Shown here piece after piece: positions 17,456 through 26,589 of a stretch of 64,000 bases of DNA. Source of the DNA: an uncultured Candidatus Saccharibacteria bacterium (GTDB lineage Bacteria > Patescibacteriota > Dojkabacteria > SC72 > WJKH01); the NCBI GenBank assembly GCA_964602665.1, contig CAZRRH010000003.1, positions 2,963 through 66,962 of the forward strand, in the 5' to 3' direction. Position 1 is the stretch's first letter. Each line of letters opens with the position of its first letter. The notes under the pieces are model-generated. The model saw only the letters and a list, made by a program, of their open reading frames with translations, ran no database searches and was not told the DNA's origin. The position numbers and the translations under genes were made by a program.

Positions 17456-19561
17456 ATGGAAATTTCTGAAAAGAGTGTGTTAAAGCAGGCCGGAGTCTCT
17501 TTTATTGCTTCTGTGCTGTTAGGTGTGTTATTTATCTATTTGTTTTGTTGGAAGCCAGTAGGAATTTCTTATCCGATTTTTTCTCTTTTTTATATAATCC
17601 TTTCTCTTGTACCGCTATTTATAATTGAGAAAAAAGATGCTTTTAAAAAAATATCAAAAGGCATTATTATCCTGCCATTAGCATATCTTTTTTCTTCAGC
17701 TTTTCTTTACAGACTAAATATTGCAGGTGTGGTTTGGGGTCTTCTAATCATCACTATAACACAGATTTTTGTTATTACAGGAGTATTTAAAAAAGAGATA
17801 TATTCAAATTTAAACATAATAGGTCTCATTCTCTTACCAATTCTGTTTTCTGTATCATGGATTGGAGATGCTATATCCTTTTTAAAAAGGTTTTTTGGAC
17901 TTATAAGGCATCTTCTTACAAGCAAAAACAATGTGACAAAAAATTTCGCTAAAATAGCTATGGGTTTGATTATTTCATTGCCACTTTTTATTTTATTTGC
18001 GGCGCTATTCTCCATGGCTGACCAAATATTTGCTAAAGAGTTTATAAAAATATTTCAATCTATATTTGGAAACATATTTGCAAGTTGGGATAAATTTGGA
18101 GAGTTCTTTGCAAAGGTCGTTGTTGGTGGAATAGTCTCTGTGTATACAATGGTGTATTTCTTCTCTTTATGGAATAAGGATTCTTTACTAGACAAAATGT
18201 TAAGCAAAAAGCTTATGTCAAATCTTGCCGAAATTAAAAAAAGTTTTAGTCCTTTAACTATAAGTACAATTCTTGTGGTAATAAATTCTATATTTTTGTT
18301 TTTTGTTGTTGTTCAATTTAAATATCTATTTGGAGGCGAGGAGAAGGTTTTGACTTATGACAACGGGCTTAGCTATGCTGAATATGCTAGAAGAGGTTTC
18401 GGCGAGCTAATGCTAATTTCTGTGTTAACATTCTTTATTATTTCAATAATATCATTAAAGACAAAAGCTACTACACTTATTGGCAAAATTATTTACAAGG
18501 GAAATTTGTTTGTACTTATAGGTTCGGTTTTTGTTGTTATAGCATCTGCTTTTACTAGGATGATGCTATATGAAAATGTATACGGCTTTACATCGAGTAG
18601 ATTACTTGTAAATGTCTGTATTGTGCTTTTAGGAATTATGTATCTGCTTCTTGTGATATCAATGATAGTAAAAAATCAGTGGAGATTTCTAAATATATCT
18701 ACTGCCGTGATGGTAATTTTTAGTTTGCTTTGTATTCCTCTTATCCCATACGATTTAGTTGCTATTAAACTCAATTATACTAGGTATCTTAAGGAGGATA
18801 AAATTGATGTAAAATATATTGCAAAGCAATCAGATGAAGTTATTCCTGTACTTGTTGGAATGCGAGATGATGTAAATGTTTCTTCTGAAGTCAGAAGATT
18901 CATAGACATGGATCTAGAAAAAAGATACCATGATGAATCTACCAAAAGAGATAGATGGCAATCATTCAACTTATTGTACTGGTTTGGAAGAGATAAGCTT
19001 GGTAATGATTATGAAGCTTCTAATAGTAAATATATGGATGAAATGGTGATTTCGCTGGAACAGTTTATAAATGATTATAGAGATGAACTTATAGCTGGGA
19101 ATTATGAAGAAGCGTATAATAAATTTTGGATGTCAAATTCACTAAAAAATGAAGATTTTGAGAAATTAAAAAATGTGAGAGTTCGTAAATATGAGATTTA
19201 TAATTATAATGATTATGAAGATAGTACAAATATAACAAGCCTTAAGAAAGATCTGGAGTGGTATTTATATCCTTCTTATGATTATAATTATGACACTCTC
19301 TCGGTATCGATGGAATTGGAGTACGATTTGATGACTCCGGGGTGTAGCTGGGATGATAGCTACGGTTATTGTATGACGCGCCTGGAAAGAACAGATATCT
19401 TATACATAATCTTAGAAAACGGAAACTGGAAGGTTAAAAGATCCTCTCAAATGCCTATTGGTAACTTTGTGGATGGAGATATGGAAACAGGACGAGTGTT
19501 TACAGATTCCAACATATATTATGAAGATAATCTAGATGTATTGTTTGATACAAGCTATTGA
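17456..19561 (+). CDS. hypothetical polytopic membrane protein (~10 predicted TM helices) with ~250-aa acidic, Tyr/Asp/Asn-rich C-terminal soluble domain
   Basis: 701 aa. A run of long hydrophobic segments covers residues 1-450. The C-terminus is hydrophilic and contains Cys pairs. No recognised family. Confidence 0.5.
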   Translation: MEISEKSVLKQAGVSFIASVLLGVLFIYLFCWKPVGISYPIFSLFYIILSLVPLFIIEKKDAFKKISKGIIILPLAYLFSSAFLYRLNIAGVVWGLLIITITQIFVITGVFKKEIYSNLNIIGLILLPILFSVSWIGDAISFLKRFFGLIRHLLTSKNNVTKNFAKIAMGLIISLPLFILFAALFSMADQIFAKEFIKIFQSIFGNIFASWDKFGEFFAKVVVGGIVSVYTMVYFFSLWNKDSLLDKMLSKKLMSNLAEIKKSFSPLTISTILVVINSIFLFFVVVQFKYLFGGEEKVLTYDNGLSYAEYARRGFGELMLISVLTFFIISIISLKTKATTLIGKIIYKGNLFVLIGSVFVVIASAFTRMMLYENVYGFTSSRLLVNVCIVLLGIMYLLLVISMIVKNQWRFLNISTAVMVIFSLLCIPLIPYDLVAIKLNYTRYLKEDKIDVKYIAKQSDEVIPVLVGMRDDVNVSSEVRRFIDMDLEKRYHDESTKRDRWQSFNLLYWFGRDKLGNDYEASNSKYMDEMVISLEQFINDYRDELIAGNYEEAYNKFWMSNSLKNEDFEKLKNVRVRKYEIYNYNDYEDSTNITSLKKDLEWYLYPSYDYNYDTLSVSMELEYDLMTPGCSWDDSYGYCMTRLERTDILYIILENGNWKVKRSSQMPIGNFVDGDMETGRVFTDSNIYYEDNLDVLFDTSY

Positions 19562-19615
19562 GCTAGGCAGAATTTTGTGATATAGTTTATTAAGTTAACT
19601 TTTATCATAAAAATT

Positions 19616-19936
19616 ATGGATATTCCTAACTATTTTTGGATGATTATAATCGGAGTTGTTTGCGTCATGGTGTGTTTTATTCTTTATTATATTGCTATAC
19701 TTATAAAAAAGCTTGGATTTACAGTTGATAGCGTAACACAGGTGGTAAATAGCTCAAATGAGATTGTAAATGAGAGTAGTTTTATAGTAAAAGATACAAG
19801 AGAGATGGTTAATGATGTGAAAGTAAACATCGTTAAGCCTCTTCTTGCGATAGGTGATATGATTAAAAGTATCGCTTCAATAGCTCAGAAGATTAGCTCG
19901 TTTACAGAAAAACTTCCTAAGTCTAAAAAAGGCTAA
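19616..19936 (+). CDS. hypothetical small membrane protein (106 aa)
   Basis: One N-terminal TM helix (IIIGVVCVMVCFILYYIAILI), then a hydrophilic tail. Confidence 0.35.
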   Translation: MDIPNYFWMIIIGVVCVMVCFILYYIAILIKKLGFTVDSVTQVVNSSNEIVNESSFIVKDTREMVNDVKVNIVKPLLAIGDMIKSIASIAQKISSFTEKLPKSKKG

Positions 19937-19946
19937 TTTTATGACT

Positions 19947-20774
19947 TTATAACGCCTCGTCTATCAATGATTTCATCTCTGTGTAGCTATACGCACCTGG
20001 GAACATTGTTTCATTTATGATAAAACCAGGGGTTCCTGACGCACCGAGCTTATTAGCAGTAGCCATATCTCTTGTAGTCATGGCTTTATATTTTCCACTA
20101 TCAAGACAATCTTTCATTTTTGATGGGCTGACGACAGGCGATAAGAACTGTGAGAGCTGTTCTGATGATATTCCTGCGAAATTCTCAACACCGGTTCCGT
20201 TTATTAGGTCATATCCTGCACTAGACATTATTAAATCATGTGCTTGCCAGAATTTTTTATCCTCGTATGCGCAGTATAACGCTTGTGCTGCAAGCTCTCC
20301 GTTTCCATGCCCATTTTGATAAATATAGACAAAGCCTGCTTTTTTGTCGTCAACTAGCTTTTTAAATTCTTGTACTGGAGGAATGTAGCTTCCACCATCT
20401 TCTTCCATTGTAAATTGTGCACCTGCCATCTTGTTTAGATCGGGGTTTTTACCTGCGGCTATTGCGCAATATGGACAGCTAGGATCACTAACTTCTACTA
20501 ACAGCACATCTTCTTTGCCATCGCCAAAAGTAATATAAGATCCATCATCAAACAGTGCCTTAATGTCATATATATTTATTTTAGGTGTAGTATCTTCTGT
20601 CGTTGTATCCGTTGCGCCTTTAACATCAGCGCTATCAAGCTTTTTGTTGATTTTGTCTATTTCTGAATCAAATTTAAACCATGAGAATGCAAACAATACT
20701 ATTATGACAATAGGTGTAAGGTAGTTTGTTAAATTCTCGGGAAGTGTAATTTGTATATTATCGCTTTTTTCCAT
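19947..20774 (-). CDS. membrane-anchored DsbA/BdbD-like thiol-disulfide oxidoreductase
   Basis: 275 aa. N-terminal TM anchor, then a thioredoxin-fold domain with a CxxC active site in DsbA-like context (…EVSDPSCPYCAIAAGKNP…). Confidence 0.65.
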   Translation of the reverse strand: MEKSDNIQITLPENLTNYLTPIVIIVLFAFSWFKFDSEIDKINKKLDSADVKGATDTTTEDTTPKINIYDIKALFDDGSYITFGDGKEDVLLVEVSDPSCPYCAIAAGKNPDLNKMAGAQFTMEEDGGSYIPPVQEFKKLVDDKKAGFVYIYQNGHGNGELAAQALYCAYEDKKFWQAHDLIMSSAGYDLINGTGVENFAGISSEQLSQFLSPVVSPSKMKDCLDSGKYKAMTTRDMATANKLGASGTPGFIINETMFPGAYSYTEMKSLIDEAL

Positions 20775-20830
20775 TAAATCATTTTGATAAATTTATCTAG
20801 ATGTTGTATTATATATGCAATTGAATTAAT

Positions 20831-22474
20831 TTGCAACTATTGTCTATGCGTACCGAGATTATTAACATTCCGAAAAAAAAGAAAAAAATAAAAGTAATAA
20901 GTTATGGCTTATATGTGGTTTTATTTATAATAATAGGCACGGTTGCATCTTTAGTTGTCTATAATATACTTACTCGAGCTGCTAGTGAGGCAAATCCGCA
21001 AAATGTCGTTTTAAGTAATCCAACACCGACCTCAATTACAGTCTCTTGGATAACTGATGTTGGAGCTGATGTGTCTATAAAATATTGGGTATCAGGTCAA
21101 GTACAAGTAGGAGAAAAAGAAGCGATTGATGTACGAGAGAGTAAAAAGCGTGTAATACACTCAGTGGAAATAAATAACTTAGAACCTTCCACTGAATATA
21201 ATTTTAAAATAATCTCAAACGGCAAAGAGTACTCAGAAATAAATGGTAAAGCAATGTCGTTTAAAACGATAGATTTTAAAAGCGATTTTGCAACCCCTAA
21301 ACCTGTTTATGGGACTGTCAAGAATGTAACACATAATGATGCACTAATATTCTTAATCGCTAGTGGAGGTTGGCCTTTATCTGTACCAGTAGCTTCTGAT
21401 GGTAATTGGATTGCAGATTTATCTTCTGTTATTAAGATATCTGATAGCACTGTTTTAAAAGTCACTGACGATATTGCTATAAAAATAATATTAATCGACA
21501 AGGATGGAAAAGGTGCTATAAAAGAGGGAAAATACTCAGAACTTTTTGGCGGGGATGGTAAATTGCTATCTTCTGTTGAAATAAAATCTGATGTCTTAGG
21601 CTCTTACATCGATAAATTCCCACCTGAGGCTGTCGTTGCATCATCTTTTGCTCCGACGCCAACACCTACACCAACTCCGATTCCGACACCCACGCCGACG
21701 CCAACGCCTACACCCACGCCAACGCCTACACCCACGCCAACGCCAACACCTACACCTACACCAACTCCGACACCTTCTGGTAGAATATTTAGATATTTTA
21801 TTTCATCGAGTGTTGTGATTGATAAGCTAGAATCAACTAGAGCGCAAAGAAGTTCCGTCACCGATACCAGTATCAAGATAAGCAATCTGTCTGATACAGG
21901 ATTCTCTGTTATTTGGGCAAGTGCCTCAAAAGAGGAAGGGTATATTTCTTACGGAACTGATTCAAGTAATCTGTCGCAGAAAGTTTATGATACTCGTGAT
22001 ACCGTTTTGTTAAAAGGCAAATATTATTCCCATCAGGTTGATATAAGATCTCTTGATCCTGAGAAAAAATACTACTTTGAGGTTTATTCTGGCGAGGTAA
22101 AAATAAGCGGTTCTTCTCCAATGGATGTAACAACTTTTGCGACATTGGCTGCTGCTCCGCCATTTAAAACCATGTCGGGTAAAATTGAGAGCAATGGAAC
22201 TATTGTTGATGGTGTAGTTTATTTAAAAATTGTAAACAAGGACTCTGACGGCAGTAGTGGAGAATCTGTTCTTTTCTCTACTACAGTTGACAGTACAAAC
22301 AGCTGGATTGCAAGTATCGGCAATGTAAGAATGTCTGACGGATCAGATTATTTTGACTTAACAGATGGTGATGAAATACAAGCAGTATTTTTCTCAAATG
22401 TGCAATCTGATTCTGTAAAATTTGAAACAGATAATATTGATGAAGACATTTTCATCATTGAGGTGACGCAGTAA
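20831..22474 (+). CDS. membrane-anchored surface protein with two fibronectin type III-like domains separated by a (Pro-Thr)n linker
   Basis: 547 aa. Lys-rich N-terminus plus TM. Fn3-like segments (…[13 protein letters not shown]…EYNFKIIS…; …[21 protein letters not shown]…[10 protein letters not shown]…). The 42-residue PT(P/I)T repeat is encoded at 21653..21775. Confidence 0.5.
   Translation: MQLLSMRTEIINIPKKKKKIKVISYGLYVVLFIIIGTVASLVVYNILTRAASEANPQNVVLSNPTPTSITVSWITDVGADVSIKYWVSGQVQVGEKEAIDVRESKKRVIHSVEINNLEPSTEYNFKIISNGKEYSEINGKAMSFKTIDFKSDFATPKPVYGTVKNVTHNDALIFLIASGGWPLSVPVASDGNWIADLSSVIKISDSTVLKVTDDIAIKIILIDKDGKGAIKEGKYSELFGGDGKLLSSVEIKSDVLGSYIDKFPPEAVVASSFAPTPTPTPTPIPTPTPTPTPTPTPTPTPTPTPTPTPTPTPTPSGRIFRYFISSSVVIDKLESTRAQRSSVTDTSIKISNLSDTGFSVIWASASKEEGYISYGTDSSNLSQKVYDTRDTVLLKGKYYSHQVDIRSLDPEKKYYFEVYSGEVKISGSSPMDVTTFATLAAAPPFKTMSGKIESNGTIVDGVVYLKIVNKDSDGSSGESVLFSTTVDSTNSWIASIGNVRMSDGSDYFDLTDGDEIQAVFFSNVQSDSVKFETDNIDEDIFIIEVTQ
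21653..21775 (+). repeat. in-frame tandem repeat (ccNacNcc)n encoding (PT)n linker
   Basis: A periodic ~12-nt and 6-nt repeat visible directly in the DNA. It translates to [18 protein letters not shown]…TPS. Confidence 0.8.
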
Positions 22475-22478
22475 TCTG

Positions 22479-22487
22479 TGGTATAAT
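22479..22487 (+). promoter_or_regulatory. extended -10 element (TGGTATAAT) 7 nt upstream of the ATG at 22495
   Basis: Same TGGTATAAT box as at 6836 and 39105, with leaderless geometry. Confidence 0.4.
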
Positions 22488-22494
22488 AGACTAG

Positions 22495-24651
22495 ATGAAA
22501 AAATCTTTTCTGATAATTACAGTTTTGTTAATTACCGTTTCTTTATCATTTAATAATGCAATTGCAGCTGAGCTCCTCATAGCACCTAAAAGCAATGTAA
22601 AAAGCACCAGCAAAGTTTTGGGAACAAATACTGCTGGATGTTCGGTGAGCGGATGCTGTGGAGAGGAGTGCCCAATAAACGCTCCCGTTGGGTCAGAAAA
22701 GCCTCAATCTATTTGTACAGAATCTTCTCTTAGCATCACTCATGGTACAAGCGGCAGAACTTTATCTCAAATTCCTGTTGAGTTGGCTCCTCTTATGATA
22801 ACTTATCCTAATCAGATAGGTGCTGGATACGGTGTAAAAGTACAGGAAGACGGAAAAGAAGTTGTTTATGAAATTAAGTTTAAACTTAAAGAAGGTAGAA
22901 CAGGAGAATACTTGGATGATTACTCACTAATTATTGGTTACCCAAGCATGGGTGAAGCACATGATATTGTTAAATCGTGGGCAACACCTGGCGCTATTGA
23001 AGGCGAAAAAGAACTAGTGCTCGTACAGGAAGGACTTTGTAATTATGATCCAAATAATGTAACTGCAGATAATGGTCCTTATTGGACATCGTTAAAACTA
23101 GAAGTCGGCGGATTACAGGAGACAAAAAGGAGTAATCCGGGAGTGATAATATCTGATTTGTTGTACAACAGAGATTTCTCTACTGGGCAGTATAATGCAA
23201 ATCAATCTCAAAGATATGCTGCTATTGGCTTAAACAAAATACTTGAGCCTTATAAAGTAAAGGAAAAAGAGAGCAAAATTGCAGAGTATGAGAGCTTAAG
23301 AAGCTCAGATTGTATAGAGCAGCCTGATTTCTCAAGATATACTGTTGTAAATGACTCACAAGGGCGCAAGATATACTTGCCTTCATCTGATTATGTTGCA
23401 ACGGTAAGCTCTGGCGGTGTACAGCCTGATACTTATTTGGGCAAAAGAATATCAGGTCCTGTAGTAAGTGGTACATCCGAGATGAATTTGACTGCATCTC
23501 AAGTTAAAGATTGTGTTAATCCGGCAACTGGTAAACCTAAGGTATGTCCAACTAAAGATCACACAGTTATTTTAGATACAGGACAGGTTTATGGTCCTCA
23601 CGGAGTAGTTGAAGGATATAATGCATATGCATTTGATTATGAATGGATACTAAGCTTGTATGGACCACAAAAATTAGAAGAACTAAAAGCGTCTTCTGAT
23701 AGCTCATTAAGTAGTGTTGATAGGTTGTTAAAAAACTTCCTTGTAACAGGGTATTATGCACATACAGATTGTAAAACTATTGGTACAAATGGAATTGATA
23801 ATATTCAGTGTGTATACTCAGATCCAATGTATGTGTTAGCGTTTTTACTTAAAACGATGGCTTATAATACTCCTGATCAGAACTTAATAACAGTAAAAGA
23901 TGGTGCGGGCAATGATGTAAAGATAACAATAGATGATGCTTTTATGAGAACTGTTGAATCGCATTGGATTTCTCTTGGCACAAGTTGCTCAGGCAGAACT
24001 TATAGTCGCAAGGTAGAAGGAGAGAGTTATGTTCCGATAAATAATATGCCATCAAATCCAATCGATTTCACAAACTTAAAAGATGCTGCGGAAAAATTAA
24101 AAACCTTGCAGGAATACTGGAATATTGTCAGAGAAGATGTACGATCTAGATATGGAGATGAGGCTTATAAATCTATCCCTGAAGGGATTATCATGGTTGA
24201 AGATAGAAATACAGAAACCGGATACTATTGCTATGCCTCTAATCCTGTAGAGTGTGGAACAAACATAATGAACTCAAGTAAGTCAAAAATAATAGGTAAT
24301 CTACTACATGAAGCAATGCACTTTTGGCGAGCAAAGTTAAAAAGTCAAAATGATTATTGCAAAACACTAAAAAGCATTGAAAATAGCTGTTGGACTAAAA
24401 TAAGTGAGCTAAATGCAGAAAGACTTTCAAATAATGGAGGTTCATATAGTTTTAAGATTGGAGGCCAGTGGGTATGCTCACAGGGCGTTGTCTCTCATAT
24501 ATCCAGTAAGACAGGGCTTAGTTATGAAGAAGTCGGCAAATTTTTTGATGGAGATTGCTCTTATGAGAAAAAATATGTTTCTTCTGGCTTTAACTTCTGT
24601 CAAGAAATACAAGATATTCATTTGGGAGCAAGTCATTGCAATGGGTGGTAA
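22495..24651 (+). CDS. secreted cysteine-rich protein with C-terminal HExxH motif (putative zincin-like metallopeptidase)
   Basis: 718 aa. Signal peptide (…SFNNAIA|AE). About 25 Cys, several as CxxC or Cx3C. LLHEAMHFW lies near the C-terminus. No other family assignment is possible by eye. Confidence 0.45.
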   Translation: MKKSFLIITVLLITVSLSFNNAIAAELLIAPKSNVKSTSKVLGTNTAGCSVSGCCGEECPINAPVGSEKPQSICTESSLSITHGTSGRTLSQIPVELAPLMITYPNQIGAGYGVKVQEDGKEVVYEIKFKLKEGRTGEYLDDYSLIIGYPSMGEAHDIVKSWATPGAIEGEKELVLVQEGLCNYDPNNVTADNGPYWTSLKLEVGGLQETKRSNPGVIISDLLYNRDFSTGQYNANQSQRYAAIGLNKILEPYKVKEKESKIAEYESLRSSDCIEQPDFSRYTVVNDSQGRKIYLPSSDYVATVSSGGVQPDTYLGKRISGPVVSGTSEMNLTASQVKDCVNPATGKPKVCPTKDHTVILDTGQVYGPHGVVEGYNAYAFDYEWILSLYGPQKLEELKASSDSSLSSVDRLLKNFLVTGYYAHTDCKTIGTNGIDNIQCVYSDPMYVLAFLLKTMAYNTPDQNLITVKDGAGNDVKITIDDAFMRTVESHWISLGTSCSGRTYSRKVEGESYVPINNMPSNPIDFTNLKDAAEKLKTLQEYWNIVREDVRSRYGDEAYKSIPEGIIMVEDRNTETGYYCYASNPVECGTNIMNSSKSKIIGNLLHEAMHFWRAKLKSQNDYCKTLKSIENSCWTKISELNAERLSNNGGSYSFKIGGQWVCSQGVVSHISSKTGLSYEEVGKFFDGDCSYEKKYVSSGFNFCQEIQDIHLGASHCNGW

Positions 24652-24654
24652 AAA

Positions 24655-26589
24655 TTGTTAAAATACAAATTAATATTTATACATAAAAACAAGATGAAAA
24701 GAACTCAAAATATATTGGCGATAATGCTTACTGTAATAGTACTCTTCCAAATCGGCTTCGCTTACTCTCAGGAGGCAAAAATAGATGTTGTGAGCGGATA
24801 TAAAGAGCAAGGCAAAATTCTTGAGCATGTCACAGATAGTCCACTTCCTGATAGTTATAAAAGTGTTTCAAACACGCAATACGGGATGTTGAGTTCTTTA
24901 CTCGAAGGAATTGTCCCTCAGATTTATGAAGGCTACGAGGATATGATCAAAGATCCTGAGATTTCTTTAAATACTAAATTGGGTCTGTACGGCATGGTTC
25001 AGCTTGGTAACGAGTCTTTGCTTGGTGCTCAACCAAGTATTGATATTAAACAGCATTTGGCGATGCAATGGATTCCTGGATATGATGAATCAAAGTATAC
25101 TACATGGGCGCAGGACGAAACAGAAACATGGGTAAAATATTGTAATACAATAAGTGATAGTGATATGCTTGCAAGGAATAAATGTTTGTCTGATTGTGGT
25201 AAACTTACTAATGCTTTTGATAAAATTACCTGTGCAAGAGATGCTGCTGACGAATGGGAGAATCAGGAACTTGGTGAGGAGGTTGAAGAGACCGAGGAAA
25301 CTGTTGTAGAAGATGGTTTGTTAAACTGTTCTGCTTTAGAATATAATCCTTATAGGGATTATTGTTTAGAGCAGTGTACAAGTTTTGTTGAAGGTAAGGT
25401 TACTTCTTCTCATGAAGAAGACCAAAACTGTATAAAAGAGCTTATTGAAATCGAAAAAGCAGCTGATAAAACTGGGCTTGAAGATCTAAGAGACGAAACA
25501 GAGGCAGAAATGCTTGAAAGGTACGAAAGAAGTTTGGACATTGAAGTTGAGGATAAAAACAAGATAGCTGTCTCTGATGGGTGGGATTATCTTAACAAGT
25601 CAGGAGTGAGATCATTGTGGGGACGAATGCTGGCAATATCATACATCTTGTTCATAATAGTGATGATAATTGGTGGATTTATGGTGATGTTTAGAAATAA
25701 GATTGGGGGACAAGTTGCTGTGACGATATTTAATACAATTCCTAATGTCGTTATTGCTCTTTTGCTTGCGACATTTAGCTTTGCTATTGTAGGCTTAATA
25801 CTAAACGCTAGTGTTATCGCATCAAACATCATCAAAGGATTTATGGGTCTTGGAGATGATTTTCTTTATGTAAACAATCTTGTAAGTTTGGTCCAGGGGG
25901 GAGAAGCCACGGCAAGCCCAGAAGCAATGCTTGGTGATGCTTTTTATGCACTTTCATTTATACTTGATGGAGTTCTTGCCCTTTTAACAGGAGGGATCTC
26001 TCTTATAGGAACTGGTGTAATTGCCGTCGGTGGATGGATTATTGATGGAAAAGTTCATTCTATTGGATCTCTCTTAGTCATATTAATCTTTGTGATTGCA
26101 TTTGTTTTTATATCTATAAGGGTCTTTTTGACTCTTATGAAGGCTTTCCTAGGAATAATCGTCGACACTGTTTTTGGTCCTATTCTTATAACATTGTCAG
26201 CTATACCTGGACTAGATAAACTAAGGAAGCAGTGGTTTAACAGATTGATAAAAAACGCTTTGGTTTTTCCATTGGTATTGGCATTGATAAATCTTCCTGT
26301 TTATATAAGAAAAATCGCTGAAAACGGCGCACTATCGTTGGATATGGAGATTTTATCGGCGGGAGATTTTAGCAAGGGGGTTCTTGAAGGAAAGAGCTTC
26401 TTAGTGTCGATATTCTTTGGAGTCTTGCCGTTTATTTGTTACAATGCGGCTGCAAATGTACCTCTTCTACTTGAGGACTTCTTCCCAACTCAAGTTGGAC
26501 AAGGTATGGCTAAATTTATGGCTGGAGCATCTGCTCCTATGAGCAAAATACCTATAATTGGTAAAGCTTTTAAGCAGGAGGGTAAATAG
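24655..26589 (+). CDS. VirB6/TrbL-like polytopic membrane protein with Cys-rich N-terminal ectodomain (paralogue A)
   Basis: 644 aa. Signal peptide, a ~300-aa extracytoplasmic domain with Cx3C pairs, then 6 or more TM helices. Long identical stretches shared with paralogue B (e.g. FRNKIGGQVAVTI.NTIPN, LDKLRKQWFNRLIKNALVFP). Confidence 0.4.
   Translation: MLKYKLIFIHKNKMKRTQNILAIMLTVIVLFQIGFAYSQEAKIDVVSGYKEQGKILEHVTDSPLPDSYKSVSNTQYGMLSSLLEGIVPQIYEGYEDMIKDPEISLNTKLGLYGMVQLGNESLLGAQPSIDIKQHLAMQWIPGYDESKYTTWAQDETETWVKYCNTISDSDMLARNKCLSDCGKLTNAFDKITCARDAADEWENQELGEEVEETEETVVEDGLLNCSALEYNPYRDYCLEQCTSFVEGKVTSSHEEDQNCIKELIEIEKAADKTGLEDLRDETEAEMLERYERSLDIEVEDKNKIAVSDGWDYLNKSGVRSLWGRMLAISYILFIIVMIIGGFMVMFRNKIGGQVAVTIFNTIPNVVIALLLATFSFAIVGLILNASVIASNIIKGFMGLGDDFLYVNNLVSLVQGGEATASPEAMLGDAFYALSFILDGVLALLTGGISLIGTGVIAVGGWIIDGKVHSIGSLLVILIFVIAFVFISIRVFLTLMKAFLGIIVDTVFGPILITLSAIPGLDKLRKQWFNRLIKNALVFPLVLALINLPVYIRKIAENGALSLDMEILSAGDFSKGVLEGKSFLVSIFFGVLPFICYNAAANVPLLLEDFFPTQVGQGMAKFMAGASAPMSKIPIIGKAFKQEGK

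Noticed and set aside
24413-24661. 82-aa ORF spanning the junction of the Cys-rich secreted gene and the first VirB6-like gene
   Set aside because: It is an out-of-frame overlap of two well-supported genes and has no independent signal.
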